From a virus: DNA of 64,000 nt. Of this stretch, positions 47,434 to 57,586 are shown piece after piece. The stretch lies in the IMG/VR virus record IMGVR_UViG_3300025890_000019, one strand, 5' to 3'. A program made the position numbers and the translations under genes. Positions within the stretch are counted from its first letter, which is position 1. The number at the start of each line of letters is the position of its first letter. The notes beneath the pieces were generated by a model that saw nothing but the letters and a program-made list of their open reading frames with translations, was not told the DNA's origin and searched no databases.

Positions 47434-48590
47434 TAATTATCCGCCTTTGGTTTTAGTGCTTTTGATAAACTCTGTCTTTCAGTAACTGATTCACCAGCAA
47501 TTGTTGAAGTTTTAGTATTGTTAACAAACGTACCTTTTTGTGTGTTTCTTGTATCAGTGTTAGTCAATGTCATGCGTACATTATCTTCCATTTTTACCCA
47601 ACGTCCACCGTTGTATCTAAACAGTCTGTTTGGTAAAAAATCTGTACGTAAAAAATAATCTCCTGTGTCCGATGTGCCTGGAAAACTGATACCAAATCCA
47701 AACTGTTCTCCATTGGGTGGAATGCCATCACCTAACAAATATCCATCATAACCTTCTTTGCTAGGAGTTTGATTTACTCTGTCCGCCAATGTGTTTTGAG
47801 TAGATGTGTCTAGTGTTGATGTATCAGTTGTGACCAATTCTGGTTTTCCTTTATCATCCACTTGCAGTGTATAAAAATGTGCTATGTCATATCCTGACTT
47901 AGGTGCATCTGCTTCTGCTTGTTGAGTGACTGCATTATTGATTTGCATTTCTTGTTCGTATGTAGATAATACATCTCGCAATGTCTTACCATCACCTGCA
48001 CCTGCATCTTTGTTTAATATTTCTTTAAATTCTTGTGAGTCATATATTTGTTTCAGTTTAACTCTGTATAGGTGTGGATACCAAGTTTGTGAAAATCCTT
48101 CTGCCGCTCTGCTGACATCTTCCACAACATAAAATCTTTTAAGTGCCACACTGAAATCATTCAGTGCATATTCATCTTTCAAATGAGGTAATTCAAACAC
48201 ATCACCTGGCATAACTTTTCTACCCAATGTTTTAACACTGCTGGTGATTGGAATGGTCATAAACAATGTGTCATTCTGTAAAAATAGTCCAAATTGACTC
48301 ATGTCAAAATCAATATCTTGCACATTGTATATGCCTCTTAAACTGTACACATCTTGACTGTATTTTCTGTCTCTGTTTTCAAGGAACAACATGTCTTGTA
48401 TGTTGGTTTCTTTGACAGCATCATATCTAGGCTCTGCTGGAGTGGCATCTGCTTCATCAGGATTTTTAGGTCCTAGGTATTTGTGTACAAATACATCGGT
48501 TCCACCCACAGTGAACATTTCCACCACTGTTTTGTCTAAGAATGTGTAGTCGTTCCCTTTTTCTGGTTTATAAAGACTTAATCTCGGCAT
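47433..48590 (-). CDS. gp14: Neck protein (T4 gp14-like)
   Basis: GTDVFVHKY, D.LFLENRDRKY, SQFGLF; divergent from the gp13-like gene; start taken at MPRLS. Confidence 0.55.
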   Translation of the reverse strand: MPRLSLYKPEKGNDYTFLDKTVVEMFTVGGTDVFVHKYLGPKNPDEADATPAEPRYDAVKETNIQDMLFLENRDRKYSQDVYSLRGIYNVQDIDFDMSQFGLFLQNDTLFMTIPITSSVKTLGRKVMPGDVFELPHLKDEYALNDFSVALKRFYVVEDVSRAAEGFSQTWYPHLYRVKLKQIYDSQEFKEILNKDAGAGDGKTLRDVLSTYEQEMQINNAVTQQAEADAPKSGYDIAHFYTLQVDDKGKPELVTTDTSTLDTSTQNTLADRVNQTPSKEGYDGYLLGDGIPPNGEQFGFGISFPGTSDTGDYFLRTDFLPNRLFRYNGGRWVKMEDNVRMTLTNTDTRNTQKGTFVNNTKTSTIAGESVTERQSLSKALKPKADN

Positions 48591-48595
48591 ATACA

Positions 48596-48619
48596 TATAT
48601 TTATCGGACGATAAATATG
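48596..48619. promoter_or_regulatory. Back-to-back late promoters forming an inverted repeat
   Basis: ATATTTATC-GGAC-GATAAATAT: ATAAATA on minus (48598-48604) and plus (48611-48617) strands between divergent neck genes. Confidence 0.65.
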
Positions 48620-48634
48620 TATGAGGAAAACTGT

Positions 48635-49393
48635 ATGAGTGATTTAAGCACACAAAAACAAGAAGTATTTGACTACGTTCACACTAGCCTAGGTGGCGGT
48701 ATGGTAGACGTAGAATTAGACCCTGTACACTATGAAACAGCATTAACTGATGCATTAGACAGATTTCGCCAGAGATCTGATAATTCTGTTGAAGAAAGTT
48801 ATATGTTTCTGCCTTTAGTGAAGGATCAAAACGATTATACACTTCCAAACGAGGTGATAGAAGTTAGACAAATCTACAGAAGATCAATAGGTTCAAGATC
48901 AGGCGGTGGAGATGGTGGTACATTGTTCGAACCATTCAATATGGCATACACAAACACATACCTATTAGCAAGTTCTAACATGGGTGGTGTAGCAACATAC
49001 AATATGTTTGCTCAATATCAAGAATTGGTTGGAAGAATGTTTGGTTCTTTCATAGAATTTAAATGGAACACAACAACCAAAAATTTAACAATACTTCAAA
49101 GACCAAGACAAGGTGAAGAAGTATTACTAGAGGCTTACAATTACAGACCAGATTCAGAATTGCTTAAAGATTATTTGGCAAAAAAATGGTTAAAGGATTA
49201 TACACTTGCCAAATGCAAATACATGCTGGGTGAAGCCAGAAGCAAATTCAACACAATAGCAGGTCCACAAGGTGGAACATCACTAAATGGTGATGCATTA
49301 AAACAAGAAGCCATAGCAGAAATGGAAAGACTCGAAATAGAAGTCAAAACACAAACTGGTGGTGGTCAAGGATATTCCTTCGCAATTGGTTAA
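48635..49393 (+). CDS. gp13: Neck protein (T4 gp13-like)
   Basis: LGGGMVDVEL, WLKDYTLA.CK..LGEARSKF.....GG.SLNG..LK.EA..E; GAGGA RBS supports start at 48635. Confidence 0.72.
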   Translation: MSDLSTQKQEVFDYVHTSLGGGMVDVELDPVHYETALTDALDRFRQRSDNSVEESYMFLPLVKDQNDYTLPNEVIEVRQIYRRSIGSRSGGGDGGTLFEPFNMAYTNTYLLASSNMGGVATYNMFAQYQELVGRMFGSFIEFKWNTTTKNLTILQRPRQGEEVLLEAYNYRPDSELLKDYLAKKWLKDYTLAKCKYMLGEARSKFNTIAGPQGGTSLNGDALKQEAIAEMERLEIEVKTQTGGGQGYSFAIG

Positions 49394-49396
49394 ATC

Positions 49397-49429
49397 TTAG
49401 TTGACAATCAACTAAACATATAGTAATAT
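49397..49429 (+). promoter_or_regulatory. Sigma70-type promoter with an inverted repeat over the -35 box
   Basis: TTGACA(49401)-N17-TAATAT(49424); TTAGTTGA-CAA-TCAACTAA at 49397-49415. Confidence 0.6.
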
Positions 49430-49436
49430 ACACTAT

Positions 49437-50075
49437 ATGAAACATCAAGTTACTCCATTATTTTCAGTACCATTATACAAAACTGTTCTGGATCCTTTGG
49501 ATCCTATGGAAGAATCTTGGATAAAAAATTTAAAATTTCCTCCACAAAGTGTTGGTTTATATGACGCCAAAAATGAAGAACCAAAAAATGCAGGAATGCA
49601 GGTATTAAATCAGCCTCAATTAAAAAATCTTAGACAACAGATATTGAAAGTGATGAATCATTTTGTAAGCGATGTATTAGATATTGAACAAGATTTTGAA
49701 TTAACAACAAGTTGGGTAAACAAAAATGGAAAGGGTGATCATATTGTTCAACATTCACATCCAAATGCAATGATCAGTGGAGTATATTATGTTGAAAGTG
49801 ATGACACATCAGCCCCTATAATATTTAACAAGCCTTATTTTTACACAAATCTTTTTCACGAAACAATTAAACCAACTTTTAGAAATAAAAATCAAAATCA
49901 ATACAATGTAGATTATTACGGCATGAAGCCTAAAAAAAATGATCTGTATATGTTTCCATCTTGGTTAGAACACACAGTGCCTCCGCAAGATGCAGACAAA
50001 GATAGATTAAGTTTAGCATTTAATTTTTTTGTTAAAGGTAAGGTAGGAGTAGGCACAACACAATTACAATTATGA
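49437..50075 (+). CDS. 2OG-Fe(II) oxygenase-like protein (TIGR02466-type)
   Basis: LFS.P.Y, SWVN.N..G....HSHPNA.ISGVYY, L..FPSWL.H.V, R.SLAFN. Confidence 0.82.
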   Translation: MKHQVTPLFSVPLYKTVLDPLDPMEESWIKNLKFPPQSVGLYDAKNEEPKNAGMQVLNQPQLKNLRQQILKVMNHFVSDVLDIEQDFELTTSWVNKNGKGDHIVQHSHPNAMISGVYYVESDDTSAPIIFNKPYFYTNLFHETIKPTFRNKNQNQYNVDYYGMKPKKNDLYMFPSWLEHTVPPQDADKDRLSLAFNFFVKGKVGVGTTQLQL

Positions 50076-50698
50076 TTATAGGAATATGCGGACTGATAGG
50101 TTCGGGCAAAGACACCATCGCTGACTTTTTAGTAAAAGAAAACAACTTTGAAAAATTGTCATTTGCTGACAAATTGAAAGACAGTGTGGCTGAAATGTTT
50201 GATTGGGACAGACAACTGTTGGACGGAAAAACAGATGAAAGCAGAGCCTGGAGAGAACAAGCAGACAAATTCTGGAGCAAAGAAATGGGCAAAGATATCA
50301 CACCCAGACATGTGCTTCAAGTGTTTGGCACAGAATGTATGCGTGATGGATTTTATGATGGCGTATGGGTGAGCCTGGCAAAAAAGAAAATTTTAGACAA
50401 TCCAGGCACCAATTGGGTAATACCAGATGTGCGGTTTGACAATGAAGCCAACATGATTAAAGAAATTGATGGAGAAGTGTGGTGGGTAAAAAGAGGTCAA
50501 ATTCCTGTATGGTTCAGAATGTATCAAGATATTGGAAAAACTCCCAAAGATGTACATCCATCTGAATGGGCATGGGCGAACACAGATTTTGATGCAGAAT
50601 TATCCAACAACAGCACCATTGCTGAACTTAAAAATCAGGTACAAGATCGCCTTGTTGCCAACGGATCCCTTCAAGGTGCAAAGATCTTTGGCAGTTAG
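50072..50698 (+). CDS. Deoxynucleoside monophosphate kinase (T4 gp1-like)
   Basis: IIGICGLIGSGKDT.AD, SFAD.LKD, PR.VLQ.FGTE.MR, IPDVRF.NE, H.SEW. Confidence 0.88.
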   Translation: MIIGICGLIGSGKDTIADFLVKENNFEKLSFADKLKDSVAEMFDWDRQLLDGKTDESRAWREQADKFWSKEMGKDITPRHVLQVFGTECMRDGFYDGVWVSLAKKKILDNPGTNWVIPDVRFDNEANMIKEIDGEVWWVKRGQIPVWFRMYQDIGKTPKDVHPSEWAWANTDFDAELSNNSTIAELKNQVQDRLVANGSLQGAKIFGS

Positions 50699-50969
50699 CA
50701 CACACTGTTTTTAGATTGTTAAATTTGCAATTATTAAGATTGCTGTCCACATGAAACACATTGAAATGCTGTTTATACTTGCTTGAATGTCCACATTTGT
50801 CACATTTTGTTTTAACTCTATATCCGGCAACATACCACTTGGGATGATATCCACTAGGACCTCCATACTTCAAACACATTTCACACTGCTTTCTATAATA
50901 GGTCTTGTTGCCTTTTTTATAGTTCACAGCGGAAGGTCTTTGACTACATTTAGTACATAACGGTCTCAT
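50628..50969 (-). CDS. HNH-like endonuclease / Zn-finger protein
   Basis: CxxC pairs; C.KCG...FNVFHVD.NLNN...NNL.TVCANC. Confidence 0.72.
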   Translation of the reverse strand: MRPLCTKCSQRPSAVNYKKGNKTYYRKQCEMCLKYGGPSGYHPKWYVAGYRVKTKCDKCGHSSKYKQHFNVFHVDSNLNNCKFNNLKTVCANCQRSLHLEGIRWQQGDLVPDF

Positions 50970-51091
50970 ACAACTGTATTTACCTGCCCTTTTCAACCCC
51001 TTTTTTATAAACCTTAATACGGCTTGATTTGACATATTGTCATAAATACTAGCAATAATAAAGTTTTACACTTTAATAGGAGATAAAAAAG

Positions 51092-54000
51092 ATGGCATTA
51101 GTTTCACCAGGAGTACAGGTTAGTGTAATAGACGAAAGTTTCTACACACCAGCAGAACCGGGCACAGTCCCAATGATATTTGTTGCTTCGGCACAAGACA
51201 AAACAAACAGTTCAGGAACAGGAACAGCATTAGGTACAACAGCCGCTAACGCAGGCAAAGTATTCTTAATGACTTCACAAAGAGAATTAGCAGAAACATT
51301 TGGTGATCCAGTTTTTAAAACTGATGCTAACAATAATCCTATCAATGGTGGTGAAACAAATGAATACGGATTACAAGCGGCATACAGTTATTTAGGTGTT
51401 GCCAACAGAGCATACGTTGTAAGAGCAGATGTTGACCTAGGTCAATTAGAAGCAACAGCAACAGCACCAGCGGCAAATCCAGAATCAGGAACTTACTGGT
51501 TTGACACAGCAGTTTCAAAATTTGGAATATTTGAATGGAATGGTGCAAGTGCATCAACAACTGGTGGACAAACATTCACAAACAAAATTCCTAGCGTTAT
51601 AACAGATACTACACTTTTAAGTGCTGGTGTTCCAAAGACTTCTTTCGGACAAGCAGGCGATTACGCAATCGTGGCAACAACAGATGCCAACGAAATGTAC
51701 TACAAAAAATATGATGGTACTTGGGTAGGTGTAGGCACACAGGATTGGACAGGTTCAAATCCAACTGTGGTAGGTTCTACAACAGGCACAATCGCAAGTG
51801 GTACAACATTTACAATCACTATTAATGGTGGCGACACTACAATCACAACATCAGGTACAACAGTTACTGACGTGGCGTCAGATATTACAGGAGCAGGTGT
51901 TTCAGGTTTATCAGCAAGAGTAATAGGCAACAGATTAGCAATCTATTACAATGGTGCTAATGATGATGATATTCAAATTGCAAGTGGTACATTAAACACA
52001 GAAACAGTATTAGGTATTGCACCAGCAACATATTACGTTCCAAAATTAACAACTGCCCCACACACTTCTGTACCAGCATACAAAACTGCTGACACAGAAT
52101 CAAGACCAACAGGTTCTTTATGGGTGAAAACAACAACACCTAACGCAGGTGCAAAATGGTCAGTTAAAAAATTCAATGGTACAACTAAACTTTGGGAAGA
52201 TGTAACAGCACCAATTTACGAAAATGCCGAAACTGCTCTATACAATTTAGACAGAACAGGTGGTGGAGTAAATCTTGCTGTAGGCACTTTGTATGTTGAC
52301 CATGACAACGGAACAAATGCTCTAGAGCAAACAATTCATAGAAGAGAATCTACAGGTTCAACAAAAGTTACAGGTACAGCAATCACAACAGGTATCACAG
52401 CAGGTAGTAAATCATTCACTATTGCAGAATCAATTGTTGGTCAATTAGCATTAAACTCAGCAATAACGGTAAGTGTCACTCCAACAGGTGCGGCAACTGA
52501 TGCAGATTTAATAGCAGGTGCTATTAACGGTTCAGGTTTTACCAACATTGTTGCAAGTGTTGATTCACAGAACAGAGTTTCAATCGAACACAACGACGGT
52601 GGAGAATTTGACATTGTTGACACAGATGGTACTTTGGGTGAAGCAGGTTTCACTGGTTACAACTACACAACCAAGGCAGGTACAGCAAACTTGTACACAA
52701 CAACTGCTGGATTCAGAGCAAGTAACTGGAAAATTTTAACTTACACAGCAAGTGCAACAGCAGTAACAACAACTGCGGTAGATGGACAATTATGGTACTC
52801 ATCAATAGTTGATGAAGTGGATATTTTATACCACAACGGTACAAACTGGAAAGGTTATTCAGCAGTATCTGGTACAGACTCAGAAGGTCCTCAAGTTTCA
52901 GCAACTGCTCCAACTACACAATCCACAGCGTCAGGCGGTGGTGCATTGGTTGAAGGCGACATATGGATTTCAACAGCAGACTTAGAAAATTATCCAATTG
53001 TTTACAAATGGAATGCAACTTCATTAAAATGGATTCAAGTTGATTCAGGTGACCAAACAACGGAAAATGGAATCGTATTTGCAGATGCAAGATACGGAAC
53101 AACAGGTGGAACAGCATCTGTGGCTCCTAAAGGAACAATAAAAGAATTACTAGCAAGTGACTTCTTAGACACTGATGCTCCAGATCCAGCACTATATCCA
53201 AAAGGTATGTTGTTGTGGAACACAAGACGTTCTGGATTCAATGTTAAGAAATTTGTAAGAAATTATGTTGATGTTACAGCAGATAACCAAAGAGGTTCAG
53301 ATGTAGATTCATCAATGGCGGCTTACTATCCACACAGATGGGTAACAGAATCAGCGAACCAGGCAGACGGTTCAGGATCATTTGGTAGAAAAGCACAAAG
53401 AAAAGTTATTGTGCAAAAACTACAAGCAATGGTTAATGGCAATCAAGAAATCAGAGATGATGAATCTAGATTGTTTAACATCATGGCAACACCAGGATAT
53501 CCAGAATTAATCGGCGAAATGATTTCATTAAACAATGACAGAGGATTGTCAGCGTTTATAATTGGTGACTCACCAATGAGATTAACACCAGATGCAACAA
53601 GTTTACAAAACTGGGCAACAAACGTTAACCTAGCAGTTGAAGACAACGACAATGGACTTGTAAGCACAGACGAATATCTTGGAGTATTTTATCCATCAGG
53701 ATTCACAAGTGATAACTTCGGTAACAATGTAGTTGTTCCAGCAAGTCACATGATGTTAAGAACAATTGCATTAAGCGATCAAGTTTCTTTCCCATGGTTT
53801 GCTCCAGCAGGTACAAGAAGAGGTGGAATTACAAATGCTACTTCAACAGGTTACATCAGCAATGAAGGCGAATTTGTTTCAACTTCATTAAATGAAGGTC
53901 AAAGAGACACATTGTATTCAAACAATGTTAACCCAATTACTTTCATAACAGGTGCTGGCTTAGTCAACTACGGACAAAAAACAAGATTTGCTGGTAGTTC

Positions 54001-54325
54001 TGCACTAGACAGAATCAATGTTGCTAGATTAGTAATCTACCTAAGAAGCCAATTAAACAAATTAGCGAGACCTTATGTATTTGAGCCAAATGATAAAATC
54101 ACAAGAGATGAAATCAAAGCTCAAGCAGAAAGTTTATTACTAGAACTAGTTGGTAACAGAGCGATTTTTGATTTCTTAGTAGTGTGTGATGAATCAAACA
54201 ACACATCAACAAGAATAGACAGAAACGAGTTGTACTTAGATATTGCGATTGAACCAGTCAAAGCAGTAGAGTTCATCTACGTACCATTAAGATTGAAAAA
54301 TACTGGCGAAATAGCAGGTTTATAA
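51092..54325 (+). CDS. gp18: Tail sheath protein
   Basis: MAL.SPGVQVSVIDES; C-term PAS..LRT, PWFAPAG..RG, RD.LY...VNPI, .GQKT, SALDRINV.RL, VFEPND..TR, DI.I.P.KAVEFI. Confidence 0.93.
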   Translation: MALVSPGVQVSVIDESFYTPAEPGTVPMIFVASAQDKTNSSGTGTALGTTAANAGKVFLMTSQRELAETFGDPVFKTDANNNPINGGETNEYGLQAAYSYLGVANRAYVVRADVDLGQLEATATAPAANPESGTYWFDTAVSKFGIFEWNGASASTTGGQTFTNKIPSVITDTTLLSAGVPKTSFGQAGDYAIVATTDANEMYYKKYDGTWVGVGTQDWTGSNPTVVGSTTGTIASGTTFTITINGGDTTITTSGTTVTDVASDITGAGVSGLSARVIGNRLAIYYNGANDDDIQIASGTLNTETVLGIAPATYYVPKLTTAPHTSVPAYKTADTESRPTGSLWVKTTTPNAGAKWSVKKFNGTTKLWEDVTAPIYENAETALYNLDRTGGGVNLAVGTLYVDHDNGTNALEQTIHRRESTGSTKVTGTAITTGITAGSKSFTIAESIVGQLALNSAITVSVTPTGAATDADLIAGAINGSGFTNIVASVDSQNRVSIEHNDGGEFDIVDTDGTLGEAGFTGYNYTTKAGTANLYTTTAGFRASNWKILTYTASATAVTTTAVDGQLWYSSIVDEVDILYHNGTNWKGYSAVSGTDSEGPQVSATAPTTQSTASGGGALVEGDIWISTADLENYPIVYKWNATSLKWIQVDSGDQTTENGIVFADARYGTTGGTASVAPKGTIKELLASDFLDTDAPDPALYPKGMLLWNTRRSGFNVKKFVRNYVDVTADNQRGSDVDSSMAAYYPHRWVTESANQADGSGSFGRKAQRKVIVQKLQAMVNGNQEIRDDESRLFNIMATPGYPELIGEMISLNNDRGLSAFIIGDSPMRLTPDATSLQNWATNVNLAVEDNDNGLVSTDEYLGVFYPSGFTSDNFGNNVVVPASHMMLRTIALSDQVSFPWFAPAGTRRGGITNATSTGYISNEGEFVSTSLNEGQRDTLYSNNVNPITFITGAGLVNYGQKTRFAGSSALDRINVARLVIYLRSQLNKLARPYVFEPNDKITRDEIKAQAESLLLELVGNRAIFDFLVVCDESNNTSTRIDRNELYLDIAIEPVKAVEFIYVPLRLKNTGEIAGL

Positions 54326-54350
54326 TAGATAAATATTATAGGAGAAACAA

Positions 54351-54977
54351 ATGAGTATATCTACACTATCAAAAATTACAGTACCTTTAGACAGTAACCA
54401 ATCTGCTTCTAACCAAGGTCTGTTAATGCCAAAGTTACAGTATCGTTTTAGAGTATCACTAGAAAACTTTGGTGTATCTACACCAACTACTGAACTTACA
54501 AAGCAAGTTGTAGATATTACAAGACCTAATTTAAGTTTTGAAACAACAACCATTGACGTTTATAACTCTAAAGTATATCTAGCAGGTAAACACACATGGG
54601 AAACTGTTACACTAACATTAAGAGAAGATGTCAGCAACAACGTACAAAAACTTGTTGGTGAACAATTACAGAAACAATTTGACTTCTTTGAAATGAGTGC
54701 GGCGGCTTCAGGTTCAGACTACAAATTCGTAACAAGAATAGAAATTACAGACGGTGCAAATGGTGCCAACACAGTAAATGTTTTAGAAACATTTGAACTG
54801 TATGGTTGCTACATTGAATCAGCAAACTACAATCAATTAGCATATCAAACATCAGAGCCTGTTACTGTAACGTTAGCATTAAGATACGACAATGCTATCC
54901 AGACTCCACAAGGAACAGGAGTAGGTACTGCTGTAGGCAGAACCACAAACACGCTAATTACGGGCGGCGGTGCGTAA
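54351..54977 (+). CDS. gp19: Tail tube protein
   Basis: Follows the sheath gene; RP..SF, AGK..WE..T.T.R.D, ETFEL.GC..S..Y..L.Y, V.L.YD. Confidence 0.82.
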   Translation: MSISTLSKITVPLDSNQSASNQGLLMPKLQYRFRVSLENFGVSTPTTELTKQVVDITRPNLSFETTTIDVYNSKVYLAGKHTWETVTLTLREDVSNNVQKLVGEQLQKQFDFFEMSAAASGSDYKFVTRIEITDGANGANTVNVLETFELYGCYIESANYNQLAYQTSEPVTVTLALRYDNAIQTPQGTGVGTAVGRTTNTLITGGGA

Positions 54978-55000
54978 TTTTCGTAAGCATTTATAAATTG

Positions 55001-55030
55001 AAAAGGGGGCTTAGGCCCCTTTTTTGTTTT
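55001..55030 (+). terminator. Rho-independent terminator after the sheath-tube operon (possibly bidirectional)
   Basis: AAAAG-GGGGC-TTAG-GCCCC-TTTTTT. Confidence 0.85.
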
Positions 55031-55067
55031 TAAAACATCACATTTTTCCCTTACATAAATACTGTAT

Positions 55068-56198
55068 ATGGCAAATTTACTAAAAGGTTTTTTAGACAAT
55101 GTTCTTAAAGGGACACTTAATCCCAAAGGAAATCTAGCAGATTTCAGCCATGCTTCTAGACTGTATGTAGATGACAGTTTTAGATTAGCACCCAAACAAA
55201 AGTTTTTATATCATGTGGTTTTCAATATTAATCCACAAGCGGCTATTACTGATCCGCCATTAAGCAATCATCAACGAGAACTTAACATGTTGGTTAAAGC
55301 CGTGGACTTGCCACAATACACTGTGGACATGATCACAGCACAACAGTACAACGTAAAAAGAAAAGTACAAACTAAAATTTCGTATGATCCAATCAACATA
55401 ACTTTTCATGACGACAACTATGGTGTAACCACAGCACTATGGGAAACTTATTATAGATATTATTTCAATGATGGAAATTATGCCAGTAAAGATACACAAG
55501 GAAATCAGTCCACAAGTACTGAAAGACCTTACAGCAAATCAGGTGGATTGACAAATAATAAAAACACTAAAAATAGATTTGGATTAGACAACAATGCAAA
55601 TATTCCTTTTTTCACAAGTATTCAAATTTATCAGATGGCAAGAAAAACTTACACTTGTTACACATTGGTTAATCCTATAATCCAAAGATGGCAACATGAT
55701 TCAATGAATAATCAAGAATCAGCACCTGTACAAAATCAGATGTCAGTGGAATATGAAGCAGTGTTTTATTCTAGAGGCAGAGTACAAGCCAACGGTGCTC
55801 CTGCTGGATTTGGCAAAGAACATTACGACAAAACACCATCACCTAATTCATTATCGGGTGGAGGATCTACAAGTTTACTTGGCACTGGCGGAGTGTTATC
55901 AGGATTGTTTGGTGCTAATGATGGACCATACACATACATCGGCAGTCAACTGGGTGCAAGTAGACAAGGTATCACATTGGGTTCTATAATAAGAACAGCC
56001 AACAGATTAAAAAATGCAAAAAATTTATCTAAAGAAGGATTAAAACAAGAAGGGTTTAACATATTAACAGGAGCAATTGGAAGAATAGGCAACACAGCAG
56101 ATCAGTCTTATGGTGTGCCAAACACTTTCATCGGAAGAAGTGCATCTAACATAGGCTCTGGTGCAAAACAAATTGTTAAAGCACTTATAAAAAAGTAA
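55068..56198 (+). CDS. Tail-tube-fold protein (gp54/gp48-like baseplate tube initiator)
   Basis: LVK.VDLP.Y....QYN.KR.VQTKI.YDP..ITFHDD, ..V.YE tube-like motifs. Confidence 0.55.
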   Translation: MANLLKGFLDNVLKGTLNPKGNLADFSHASRLYVDDSFRLAPKQKFLYHVVFNINPQAAITDPPLSNHQRELNMLVKAVDLPQYTVDMITAQQYNVKRKVQTKISYDPINITFHDDNYGVTTALWETYYRYYFNDGNYASKDTQGNQSTSTERPYSKSGGLTNNKNTKNRFGLDNNANIPFFTSIQIYQMARKTYTCYTLVNPIIQRWQHDSMNNQESAPVQNQMSVEYEAVFYSRGRVQANGAPAGFGKEHYDKTPSPNSLSGGGSTSLLGTGGVLSGLFGANDGPYTYIGSQLGASRQGITLGSIIRTANRLKNAKNLSKEGLKQEGFNILTGAIGRIGNTADQSYGVPNTFIGRSASNIGSGAKQIVKALIKK

Positions 56199-56208
56199 AG
56201 GAAATAAA

Positions 56209-56571
56209 ATGTCAAACATACCTAAACAAAACAACGACAGTAGTGGACCAGTAAAAGAATTTTTTAATAATTATTTCAATGATACTATATCGTTTCCCAG
56301 CAATGATGTTGATGCTGTTGTAGGATATTTTGAATCTAGAGGATTTGAAAGAACTGCAAGTATATCAACAGCAACAGTGATACTACAACAAGCAAAGATA
56401 GACGGTGTAAAAGTTTTTGAATTGTTGGATACATTAAAAGGTATGGACACAGTGCAGTTGAGTTATATTGTTACAGAGATTTTAAATCACAACAGATCAA
56501 ACACATCATCACTTGGTTATAAAGTTAAAACTGAAAAAAATCTTTCAGAAAAACGTAACATAGTAGTATAG
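56209..56571 (+). CDS. Hypothetical protein
   Basis: 120-aa ORF with AAGGA RBS, tightly packed. Confidence 0.6.
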   Translation: MSNIPKQNNDSSGPVKEFFNNYFNDTISFPSNDVDAVVGYFESRGFERTASISTATVILQQAKIDGVKVFELLDTLKGMDTVQLSYIVTEILNHNRSNTSSLGYKVKTEKNLSEKRNIVV

Positions 56572-56575
56572 TCCA

Positions 56576-57013
56576 ATGGCGAAGTTCGCTCAAGGTAAGT
56601 ATCAAATAAAAAATCCAGACAAGTACGTGGGTGGTCGAACTCCTTTGTATAGAAGCAGTTGGGAATTTGCTTTTATGAAGTTTTGTGATGAAAGTCCCAG
56701 CATACAAAAATGGGCAAACGAATCTATAAGAATTCCTTACAAACATCCTATGACAGGAAAATACACCATATACGTTCCGGATTTTTTCATCGCATACACA
56801 GATAAAAATGGAAGACCGCATGCTGAAATTATAGAAATAAAACCAGAAAATCAAACATTGATAGAAAAAGTAGGAAAGAATAGATACAATCAAGCACAAC
56901 TGATCATCAATAAAGCCAAATGGAGCAGTGCTCAGGCGTGGTGCAAGAACAAAGGATTTCGTTTCAGAGTGATAAATGAAAAAGACATTTTTCATGGTGC
57001 CAAAAAAGGTTAA
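56576..57013 (+). CDS. gp4: Head completion nuclease (T4 gp4 / TnsA-like)
   Basis: G.Y..KNP.KY.G....YRSSWE..FM..CD..P.I..W..E...IPY, Y.PDF, IEIKP, N.AKW. Confidence 0.8.
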   Translation: MAKFAQGKYQIKNPDKYVGGRTPLYRSSWEFAFMKFCDESPSIQKWANESIRIPYKHPMTGKYTIYVPDFFIAYTDKNGRPHAEIIEIKPENQTLIEKVGKNRYNQAQLIINKAKWSSAQAWCKNKGFRFRVINEKDIFHGAKKG

Positions 57014-57034
57014 CACTAAATAAAAATATAACTT

Positions 57035-57586
57035 ATGACCAAAAAATTAGAAGAACTGCTTAATCTTCCAGAATCTCAAGAGATTGTGAAAGAAGAACAA
57101 GAAAAATCACAAGCAGAAGATAAAAAAACAGAAAACAAAAGCAAAAGCATAGAACAGCAACAATCCACAATGCGAGACATTGCAGAGTTTGATAAAATTG
57201 CGGCGGCACTACCAAAAGTTGACGGTTTAGGAGAACTAGGAGATTCAGAATTGGATGATGTTAGTACACGTGCCATTACTGCTTACGAAGATTTAATGGA
57301 TTTGGGTATGAATGTGGAAAGTAGATACTCGGCTCGTATATTTGAAGTGGCAGGCAATATGTTGAAAACAACTCTAGATGCCAAAGTGGCAAAGATGGAT
57401 AAAAAGTTAAAGATGGTTGATTTACAACTTAAAAAACAAAAACAAGACCAAAAAACAGGCGATTCCGACACAAACGTGGTGCAAGGAGAAGGATATGTGA
57501 TATCAGACCGTAACAGTTTATTGGAAAAACTTAAAAAGATGGATAAATACAACAAAGAAGATAGAGATGACAAAAATGACAAGTAA
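57035..57586 (+). CDS. Probable terminase small subunit
   Basis: Helical; DLGMNVESRYSARIFEVA reminiscent of gp16 PRAFEV; upstream of terL. Confidence 0.5.
   Translation: MTKKLEELLNLPESQEIVKEEQEKSQAEDKKTENKSKSIEQQQSTMRDIAEFDKIAAALPKVDGLGELGDSELDDVSTRAITAYEDLMDLGMNVESRYSARIFEVAGNMLKTTLDAKVAKMDKKLKMVDLQLKKQKQDQKTGDSDTNVVQGEGYVISDRNSLLEKLKKMDKYNKEDRDDKNDK

Noticed and set aside
48542-48653. Longer starts given by the ORF track for the gp13-like (48542) and gp14-like (48653) genes
   Set aside because: They would overlap each other and the bidirectional promoter; starts at 48635 (RBS) and 48590 fit better.
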